DNA from: Candidatus Latescibacterota bacterium
GTDB taxonomy: Bacteria; Latescibacterota; UBA2968; GCA-2709665
Direction of reading: 5' to 3'
Length of the DNA stretch: 64,000 nucleotides
NCBI GenBank assembly: GCA_965205485.1
Contig: OZ242180.1
Coordinates: 257,449-321,448 of the forward strand
The position numbers and the translations under genes were made by a program. Every line of letters starts with the position of its first letter. The first letter of the stretch is position 1. Under the pieces are notes generated by a model. The model worked only from the letters and a program-made list of their open reading frames with translations, did no database searches and had not been told where the DNA came from. Positions 39,560 to 46,565 of the stretch are shown here, one piece after another.

Positions 39560-41194
39560 TCAATCGGCCTCGGCGGAAACCACTGAAACCGCCCCGTCCC
39601 CCTCTTTCAATACGTGGTGTTTCAATCCCGGAATGTGGATCTCCTGGATATATTCCCGCCAGTCGATGCGCGTCACGTCAAAGTTGAATTCCCTCTGATC
39701 TTCGGGATTCAGCGCCTCGAACAGCCGGCGGGTATTCTCCGTTTCGAACTCGCAATCGAGATGGGTGTACCCGCAATAGGTATCGACCAGGGACTCGAGC
39801 CGCTCAAGCACGGCTTCCATACCGGACACCCGGCGCCTGTAGCGGGAAACCCATCGGGCGGGCAGATAGTCCACGGCCGCCTTCAACAGGCTCAGGGGAA
39901 GCTTGTACTTCAGGGCGACCAGACAACGGAACCGCCGCTGGCTGATGAACTTCCAGGGCCGGACGTCGATGGGCCGCCCGGCTCGGTCCTGCATCGGCGA
40001 AGATTTGAAATACCCGTATACCAGTTCGACCATTTCGCTGGCCCGAACCGGGTTCTGTGAGCCCGAGGCCACGTGGTAGACCTTCATCTCCCCGGACCCG
40101 TGTACCTGCGGAAGAACCGCGGTGACGGCGTTGCTCAGGACGTCCACGGGTATGATATCCAGCACAATCCCGGGATCGATCGGGAAATTTGAAAGCCGGC
40201 CCTTGCCGTAGTGGACGATCAGCGGATCGGCGACTTTCAGGTCCTCCACCCAGCCGGGTTCCGGGTCCTCCAGGCTGCTCTCCACGATCGCCGGCCGGAC
40301 GATGACCGTCGGAAGGTCTCCCCGCAGTTTCACGACCAACTGTTCGCCCATCGCCTTGGTGAGGGTGTAGCTGTCGTTCCAGCCGTGACGCCTCGCACGC
40401 CGCATCCCTTCGTCCACCATCTGCTTCCGGATCCATCGCTGGCGAAGGGCTTCTACCTGGTGTGCCTTCCGGTAGTCGGTCACGCGTTTTCCGCGGTCCT
40501 GCCGCCGGAGCTGCTTCAGGAACGCCGCCTCGAGGCCGGGTTCCCTGGATGCCTCCTCGACTTCCCGTGTAAAGGCCCGGATAGCGTCAATCTCGTCCTG
40601 CAGGTCGAACCCGGCGGCCCTTCCGTTGATAAGGTCCGAAACGCTCTTGTTTTGGGGAAACGGCACTTCGGGTATCCGGCCGGTGCGCTTTCCGCTCACG
40701 TACGCGGTTGATACATGAACGAGCGCAGCTTTCCGGCAGGCTTTCGCGAAGGCGACGACGCGGGCGGCGCCCATCGCATTCTGTTCGAGGGCGCTGTCGA
40801 TGGGCTCGTCGAAGACCACGGTCCCGGCGTAATTGACGACAAAATCGACGTCTTCGGCGAGTCGCTCGCGTTGTTCGGTGGAAATCCCCAGTCCGTCTTC
40901 GGTCAGATCGCCGGCCACTGCCACGACCTTCTCGGACATCACCGATGGAAATGCCGCGCCCCACTTCGCTCGCAACCTTTCGAACGCGCGGGACTGAAGG
41001 ATTTCGGACTCCAGGCGTTCCGCATCCGAGACGATCTGGCCGTTGGAACGCGACCGGGGACGGATCAGGAGATAGATCCGCGCCACCTCGGGCGCGGAAA
41101 ACAGGACCTTCTCCACGAACCCCTTCGCCAGGAACCCCGTCGCGCCGGTTACAAAAAGCGTCTTGCCGCTCAGAAACTCTGCAATGGACTGCAT
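39560..41194 (-). CDS. fatty acyl-CoA reductase (FAR, NAD_binding_4 plus Sterile-like C-terminal domain)
   Basis: GKTLFVTGATGFLAKGFVEKVL...IYLLIRP...VHVSTAYV. The C-terminal FNFDVTRIDWREYIQEIHIPGLKHHVLK resembles the FAR C-terminal domain. Confidence 0.75.
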   Translation of the reverse strand: MQSIAEFLSGKTLFVTGATGFLAKGFVEKVLFSAPEVARIYLLIRPRSRSNGQIVSDAERLESEILQSRAFERLRAKWGAAFPSVMSEKVVAVAGDLTEDGLGISTEQRERLAEDVDFVVNYAGTVVFDEPIDSALEQNAMGAARVVAFAKACRKAALVHVSTAYVSGKRTGRIPEVPFPQNKSVSDLINGRAAGFDLQDEIDAIRAFTREVEEASREPGLEAAFLKQLRRQDRGKRVTDYRKAHQVEALRQRWIRKQMVDEGMRRARRHGWNDSYTLTKAMGEQLVVKLRGDLPTVIVRPAIVESSLEDPEPGWVEDLKVADPLIVHYGKGRLSNFPIDPGIVLDIIPVDVLSNAVTAVLPQVHGSGEMKVYHVASGSQNPVRASEMVELVYGYFKSSPMQDRAGRPIDVRPWKFISQRRFRCLVALKYKLPLSLLKAAVDYLPARWVSRYRRRVSGMEAVLERLESLVDTYCGYTHLDCEFETENTRRLFEALNPEDQREFNFDVTRIDWREYIQEIHIPGLKHHVLKEGDGAVSVVSAEAD

Positions 41195-41493
41195 AACTTC
41201 CCGAATTGGACAAAAAACCCGTTTCCCCTACCTCATTAGTCAGCCGCAACAATCCGGAAGAATCTCCGTCGTTGTTCTTCCGTCATCGCGCCGCGAGGTC
41301 GAGTGAACGGGACGTCATAAAATCGCTGAATCGCAATAACCAATGGCAACCGTAAACCATACCACCGGTGTTCGTTTACCAGATAAGGAAGGAAAGCCAA
41401 GATCCGCTTGGAGTCAAGGGAAATCTGGTTACGGACACTTTTGATTTGTCCTTTGGATTCTTTCCTCGTATATTTGGTATAAATGAGGAAGTG

Positions 41494-41802
41494 ATGTCTA
41501 TGAAATGGCTAAGAGAAAATGCAGCAGCAATTATGGCTATAATGGCTATTCTGACTCCTTTGCTGCTTTATGCTTCAAGCATAGATGGACGACTTGATAG
41601 CATAGAAAAGGATGTTTTGGTCATAAAGAAGGATCTTTCAGCGTTGAAGGGAGATCTTTCGGCGTTGAGGGGAGATTTCTCAGTGTTGAAGGGAGATCTT
41701 TCAGCGTTGAAAGGAGATTTTTCGGCGTTAAGAAAGGATCTTTCAGCCATTAAGCGTCATATAGGAGTTTCGTCGGCTTCAATTGCAACCAGCGAAAATT
41801 AG
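41494..41802 (+). CDS. small membrane-anchored coiled-coil protein built from six heptads
   Basis: 102 aa. An N-terminal TM segment (AAIMAIMAILTPLLLYA) is followed by KKDLSAL KGDLSAL RGDFSVL KGDLSAL KGDFSAL RKDLSAI. GAGGA lies upstream of ATG 41494. The sequence is low-GC. Confidence 0.6.
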   Translation: MSMKWLRENAAAIMAIMAILTPLLLYASSIDGRLDSIEKDVLVIKKDLSALKGDLSALRGDFSVLKGDLSALKGDFSALRKDLSAIKRHIGVSSASIATSEN

Positions 41803-41857
41803 ACTCAATCAAACCCACTAAATGGAAACTTCATCCAGTGGGTTTTAATCATTCTGG

Positions 41858-41905
41858 CAAAACAAACCGCTCAGTCACTCAATTGTGACTGAGCGGTTTG
41901 TTTTG
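41858..41905. terminator. bidirectional terminator (perfect 21-bp stem)
   Basis: CAAAACAAACCGCTCAGTCAC-TCAATT-GTGACTGAGCGGTTTGTTTTG, located between convergent genes. Confidence 0.75.
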
Positions 41906-41947
41906 CTGACCGGGAAGTTCATTACTCAATACAGGATGTCGGGATTT

Positions 41948-42130
41948 TTAGGTCGTTTTTGGACATTTCGAGACTTTTTCGGGATTTCCCATCAGTGTCT
42001 TGCCTGAATCCTCCCATACCGCTTCATCTTCCGCCGTTGCTTCGTATTCTGTCTGTGATTCGTAATGTCCCAGAAGGCGTCGGACACGGTCCTCGTCCCA
42101 ACCATCCGGAAATCTGGTCGCGTTCTTCAT
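41948..42130 (-). CDS. small acidic antitoxin-like protein
   Basis: MKNATRFPDGWDEDRVRRLLGHYESQTEYEATAEDEAVWED... I recall this WxEExV..HYE.Q.E.E motif from small proteins paired with toxins, but I cannot name the family. Its ATG overlaps the upstream frame stop (ATGA). Confidence 0.45.
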   Translation of the reverse strand: MKNATRFPDGWDEDRVRRLLGHYESQTEYEATAEDEAVWEDSGKTLMGNPEKVSKCPKTT

Positions 42131-42347
42131 CTTCCTCTCCTTCTCATCCGCCTGCGATACGCAATTGGCGATTTACCGTTCAGTTCGTAGGCGGTAATGA
42201 CAAATGCACAGTTCGGTTCGGGATCCGGTACATAGATTGGTCGGAGATATCAACCTCCTCGAATCCGTCCAATTGCAACACGCGATCCTTCTCGACTTGG
42301 TCCGTTTTTGACCGGCACAGAGGATACCGTCTCGGCTGGATGATCAC
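42127..42347 (-). pseudogene. small ORF split between two frames (possible frameshifted toxin-like gene)
   Basis: Frame A (GTG 42347, directly after the TAA of the 367-aa gene) reads VIIQPRRYPLCRSKTDQVEKDRVLQLDGFEEVDISDQS.. and stops at 42180. Frame B is open 42249-42127 and reads ..IYVPDPEPNCAFVITAYELNGKSPIAYRRRMRRRGR, ending in an ATGA overlap with the next gene. Confidence 0.4.
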
Positions 42348-43451
42348 TTAAAAATACTTTCTGCGAATCAACTCGTTTACTGTTCGCTGCAGATCTGCCA
42401 GAAATTTTCCATCAATATTGGCCGTCCACCAATGTGCAATATCATTCCTGTATTCCGTCAACTCCTGTAGGGTCTTTTTGCCGGCCACAACTACATTGTC
42501 ATTCCTGATATTTCCCCCATAGCCTAGGTACTTCGCTCCAGCCTCTACCAACGACTGCCACAACCGCAAGTATTGGAGGCGCTTGTAAGAGTCGTCTTTT
42601 TGCTCATCGCAATACATTGAGTTAATTAGAAGTGACACGTGCGGAGTCTCAACGTCCTGCTTCATAGCAACAATCGCTTTCCCAATCTCTGCCACCCTGC
42701 AGCCGAACGACTCGGCATCCATCATCTTCACTGTTTCCACCTGTACTGACGCCATAGTTTGCTTCATGACGACGAAACGGCCGTCGTCGGTTACCAGACA
42801 GCGCTGATCCACATATCTCTTTATTGGATCCGGTGTCCTCTGTGCTACCCGGATTCCTGCAAGTATCAGATTCACCGTCTGCTGGCTGTTGGGAAGTTTC
42901 GGCCACGCACCGTCACTTGTAGCCCACGCGGAAATGTACTTCCTATTCTCCCTACCTCCAATCAACGCAGGTATCTTCTCGCCATTTCGGACGAATACTT
43001 CGTCCGAAATGCTACATTCACCCTTAATCATCTCAACCGGCTCCAAAGCACGATTCTCCTCAATCACCAAAAACACAGGTACGCGACCCTTTTGTTGGGA
43101 TCTGACATTTTCGTTCGTCTGGCCAACAACGTGTCGCAAGCAAGGACTGATAGAGTAATGCCTACCACGTGTCCACTTTGCAAAGTAGTCGATCAAATTT
43201 GACGTGACACCCGCTTTAACAGACGACGAGTCATAAATCTTGTAATGATGTTCGCTTGAAGCTGGATGCAGATTGATCCTTGGAAACTCGAAAATCTGGG
43301 TTCGGCAATACCCTGTGATTGTACAACAGAACTTCGTTTCTCCTGTGTTCGCATACCCTCTCTGCACCCATGCTAGCGTAGTGCTCGCCTCCTGAGAGAC
43401 CGTTTGGAGCGACTTCTCACGATCCGCTACTGTTCGGTTATTTCTAGACAT
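42348..43451 (-). CDS. hypothetical protein with a C-terminal HEPN-like domain (Rx4H: RNDIAH)
   Basis: 367 aa, low-GC. The C-terminal ~80 aa read RLQYLRLWQSLVEAGAKYLGY...LQELTEYRNDIAHWW...FLADLQRTVNELIRR. The RNDIAH motif is encoded at 42432-42449. The N-terminal ~280 aa were not recognised. AAGGGGA lies upstream of ATG 43451. Confidence 0.6.
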   Translation of the reverse strand: MSRNNRTVADREKSLQTVSQEASTTLAWVQRGYANTGETKFCCTITGYCRTQIFEFPRINLHPASSEHHYKIYDSSSVKAGVTSNLIDYFAKWTRGRHYSISPCLRHVVGQTNENVRSQQKGRVPVFLVIEENRALEPVEMIKGECSISDEVFVRNGEKIPALIGGRENRKYISAWATSDGAWPKLPNSQQTVNLILAGIRVAQRTPDPIKRYVDQRCLVTDDGRFVVMKQTMASVQVETVKMMDAESFGCRVAEIGKAIVAMKQDVETPHVSLLINSMYCDEQKDDSYKRLQYLRLWQSLVEAGAKYLGYGGNIRNDNVVVAGKKTLQELTEYRNDIAHWWTANIDGKFLADLQRTVNELIRRKYF

Positions 43452-43571
43452 AATGGATTTTTCCCCTTGGATGCTAAGATTCGAGTTCAGCCACCATCAC
43501 TTCGCCACCCGAATTGTCCCTCGATTTTTCGTAAGGTAATATCGCGTAATATGGGACGTATAGGGTAAAGA

Positions 43572-44336
43572 TTAGACGTACCCGCCCCGCCTCACAAACT
43601 CCAGCCAGTTTCTGAACTCGATCTTCCTGAAGTTATTATCTTCCCTCTCTTTCTTCTTCAAGCTCTCCAGCAGATTCCGGAAGTCATCCTCCGTGAACAT
43701 CGACGTATAATTCGACGTCCAGTGCAGCATCAGCTTACCGATGTAGTCGTAGGGCAGTTCGGGATGGTATTGCGTGCAGGTGATGCGCCGGTCCCTTGAT
43801 ACGACGGCCTGCAGCGTTGTCGCATTTTCTGCGACAATCTCGAACTCCCGCGGCAGCCGGGCAGTCTCGTCGAAGTGATGGGCCGGCGCATCGAACGTGT
43901 GCGGTTTGCCACGATACAGGGTCCTGGAAAAGTCCAGCGATCGTACCGTGATGTCTCGTGCGATGCCGATTTCCGGACGGCGCGCCGGCGCCACCTCCCC
44001 GCCGCAAACGGTCGTGATGACCTGAAATCCCCAGCAGCTTCCCCAGACGTGGGGTACATCCGTGAGTACCCGCTCGCCCAACTCCAACTGACGCCTATTG
44101 AATGGATTGTCTTCGTAGATGTTGCCGCCCCCGCCGGTCCAGACCACGCCATCGTACCTGCTGAAGTCCAGGTCTGACGTTCCGGCGTCGCCATACGTGT
44201 GGACAATCCGAACTTCGGTTTCAGGCTGGTTTTCCCGAACGAGCGCCTCGAACACGCGTGCCTGCTCCTCCACCCCCGCACGCGCGTGCGACCGATTCCC
44301 TTCCCGGGTCCAGCCGTCGACGATCAGGATCCGCAT
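43572..44336 (-). CDS. class I glutamine amidotransferase-like protein
   Basis: MRILIVDG...GVVWTGGGGNIY...VWGSCWGFQVI (nucleophile elbow). Confidence 0.65.
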   Translation of the reverse strand: MRILIVDGWTREGNRSHARAGVEEQARVFEALVRENQPETEVRIVHTYGDAGTSDLDFSRYDGVVWTGGGGNIYEDNPFNRRQLELGERVLTDVPHVWGSCWGFQVITTVCGGEVAPARRPEIGIARDITVRSLDFSRTLYRGKPHTFDAPAHHFDETARLPREFEIVAENATTLQAVVSRDRRITCTQYHPELPYDYIGKLMLHWTSNYTSMFTEDDFRNLLESLKKKEREDNNFRKIEFRNWLEFVRRGGYV

Positions 44337-44343
44337 CTCCCCG

Positions 44344-45249
44344 TCACCTCTCTGCAAGAAGCCATTCGTCACCGATCTCGATCTCTCCGGTTGCAGTCAA
44401 GACGGCAGGGCCGCCCACGTCCACGGAAACGACCTTTCCGTTGCGCAGATGAGCCGCCGCGTCCATTCTGCTGGGGCGGCCGATTTTCACGCCCTGCGTT
44501 ACCGACAGCTCCAGTACGCCCGATTGGATGCCGCTTCTCAGTCCGGCGACGCGGACAAGCGCGGCGACTGCGCTGCCCGTGGCAGGGTCTTCGTCAATGC
44601 CGTGTGAGGGCGCCGACATCCTCGCGTAGATCTCCGCTCCGGATTTCAGCTCGCCCGCGAAGAAAAAGATATCCGACGACCGTGCATCGGAAAGCGTTCT
44701 GCCCCACGCCTGCTTGTCCACGGATGCTCGGTCCACGGCCTTTCTCGACACCAGATGCGCGAAACAGAAGTTCAGTCCCACGCCTGCGAAGAACCCGTCA
44801 AGGACGTCGCCCGCGTCGAGGGACAGGACTTCCGCAAGGGACGCAGTCGAGGGTCCTTCCGCCGCGTAATCCAATGGCGCATCGCTGGTCAATGTACCGT
44901 ACAATACGCCGTCCTGATTTGAGATCCTCACAGGAATCCGGCCGACATTCTCTTCGAGAATAACGCAATCCGAATCCGCATGTCCGCTATAGCGAAGAGC
45001 GCATGCCGTACCGACCGTGGGATGACCCGCAAAGTCCACCTCGGCTGCAGGCGTGAAAATTCGCACCCGGGCCGCCGCGAAATCATTTTCGTGCGGAAAC
45101 ACGAACGTGGTTTCGGAAAAATTGAATTCGCGGGCGACCTTCTGCATGCCATCCGCGCTGAGACCCCTCGCATCGGGCAGGACAGCCAGCTGGTTTCCCC
45201 CGAATCCCGTCCGGGTGAAGACATCCAGGATGTAGAATCGATATTTCAA
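44344..45249 (-). CDS. PhzF family isomerase
   Basis: YRFYILDVFTRTGFGGNQLAVL...FNFSETTFV...FAGHPTVGTA. The start is uncertain (TTG 45249 or GTG 45306). The longer track ORF runs into the REP element and is unlikely. Confidence 0.75.
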   Translation of the reverse strand: MKYRFYILDVFTRTGFGGNQLAVLPDARGLSADGMQKVAREFNFSETTFVFPHENDFAAARVRIFTPAAEVDFAGHPTVGTACALRYSGHADSDCVILEENVGRIPVRISNQDGVLYGTLTSDAPLDYAAEGPSTASLAEVLSLDAGDVLDGFFAGVGLNFCFAHLVSRKAVDRASVDKQAWGRTLSDARSSDIFFFAGELKSGAEIYARMSAPSHGIDEDPATGSAVAALVRVAGLRSGIQSGVLELSVTQGVKIGRPSRMDAAAHLRNGKVVSVDVGGPAVLTATGEIEIGDEWLLAER

Positions 45250-45312
45250 GGGTGTCCACACCTGTTCAAAATCGTCTATTTCAACCGCTATCACGACATG
45301 ATCCACCTGTAA

Positions 45313-45516
45313 CCGGAGCGAGGGCATCCTGCCCTCGAACATCGCGGCACCGACCCCTACTCGCGTGGAGAGACTGACGCGTCCATTCAATCCGACACCG
45401 GTTCGCGGAAAACACCGTGTGCGACGAGTTATCCGACGTCGAGGGCAGGATGCCCTCGCTCCCGGGAACGCCAACCAAACCGGTCCCAAATCGGCTTCTG
45501 TCCTGGACAGCCGTGA
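45313..45516. repeat. REP-like composite element, copy B (inverted relative to copy A)
   Basis: CCGGAGCGAGGGCATCCTGCCCTCGAAC ... CGTCGAGGGCAGGATGCCCTCGCTCCCGGGAA ... TCCTGGACAGCCGTGA. Confidence 0.75.
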
Positions 45517-45918
45517 CTAAAAGAGGGGCACTGCATTGACGCATCGAAGCGACTTTCAACAAAACCAGGTGCTTACGCATCCAGGATCGTCTCTTCCAAA
45601 CTATCTTGGACAGCATGGATGTGCGTCATTTCAGATTGTTCGTGGCCTGGTATTGGGGGTCGTTTCGCGGTCCCACAATATACGCACGAAGAGATTCCAG
45701 AGAAAGACAACTCGTCCAACGCAGACTCCTGGGCGGCAGCCGCTGAATCTTTGGTTCTCCCTTTGTGGACTACGGGCTTATATTATCCGGTAGATCGCAG
45801 CTGGTGTGTCCGGGCTGAACCAGCCTTAGCTCTGGTCATCCAGCGGATCGGCATCTTATCACGCCTGGACGCACGTGGTCAATACGCGACTTTGCAAACA
45901 ATAAAGGGAGACGAATCC

Positions 45919-46407
45919 ATGGCAGAACGGAATTTCGACATTACTGAAGCCACGGAGAACCCGATTTTCGACCTTACGGTACCTGTGACCCGACCATTTC
46001 GCGGAATCTGGACCGGTTTGGGGATCATATGGGTTGTTCTTGGCTTCTTGAATTTGGAGGACAACACCATTCTTGGCGCCATCCAACTGGCGTTGGGACT
46101 GCTCGTCTTACCCTTTGTTGGTCTCGCGCAGCGTCTGAACAGGTACATCATCGCGTTCAAAGATGGCAATCTTGAGATTGACGAAGGACTCTTCATACGC
46201 CGAAGGATTCCATGGACGTCGATCTCCGAAATTCGCATTGAATTGATGAGATTGGAATTTGTAGTCGACACAGGGAAGCGCCGGAAGATCGACTTCACTG
46301 CATTGAGCTATAACGACAACCAGACTATCAAACCGCGGATCATCGATGCGGCCACGGCATTCGCGGAAGAGAAGGGGATCCCGGTTCAGGACGGCCGATC
46401 CGGGTAA
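45919..46407 (+). CDS. hypothetical membrane protein (TM hairpin plus small C-terminal domain)
   Basis: AAGGGAG lies upstream of ATG 45919. MAERNFDITEA...GIWTGLGIIWVVLGFLNL...LALGLLVLPFVGLA. The 5-prime extension in the track ORF has no support. Confidence 0.5.
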   Translation: MAERNFDITEATENPIFDLTVPVTRPFRGIWTGLGIIWVVLGFLNLEDNTILGAIQLALGLLVLPFVGLAQRLNRYIIAFKDGNLEIDEGLFIRRRIPWTSISEIRIELMRLEFVVDTGKRRKIDFTALSYNDNQTIKPRIIDAATAFAEEKGIPVQDGRSG

Positions 46408-46438
46408 GCTATCATCCTGCGCGAAGGAAGTCTGGCAT

Positions 46439-46563
46439 GCGGGCGACCACAAGGGTCGCCCCTACAATTCCAACACAGGCAAGGATATAGTTGATTGATA
46501 TTGCGTGTCCGTATCGCTGACCGGTTCAAGCTGATCGCTGACGGTTGACCGCTGATAGCTGCC
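46439..46563 (+). repeat. hairpin plus GCTGAYR heptamer-array element (family H1), copy 1
   Basis: GGGCGACC-ACAA-GGGTCGCCC CTACA ... GTATCGCTGACCGGTTCAAGCTGATCGCTGACGGTTGACCGCTGATAGCT. It ends 3 nt before ATG 46566. Confidence 0.7.
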
Positions 46564-46565
46564 TT

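Noticed and set aside
41959-42351. 130-aa plus-strand ORF in the island
   Set aside because: It is Ser/Pro-rich with no start context. It lies antisense to the tightly coupled minus-strand small genes and crosses the coupled ATGA junction.
43452-43571. att-like direct repeats or an integrase marking the island borders
   Set aside because: No repeat longer than about 5 nt is shared between the 41.2 kb and 43.5 kb borders, and there is no recombinase gene in the window. The mechanism of acquisition is left open.
45536-45918. Possible degenerate MITE end (AGCGACTTTCAACAAAACC) and the 5-prime extension of the 45619 ORF
   Set aside because: Only about 12 nt resemble the MITE terminus, with no matching partner end nearby. 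The ORF extension has no RBS or conservation signal, whereas ATG 45919 has AAGGGAG upstream.
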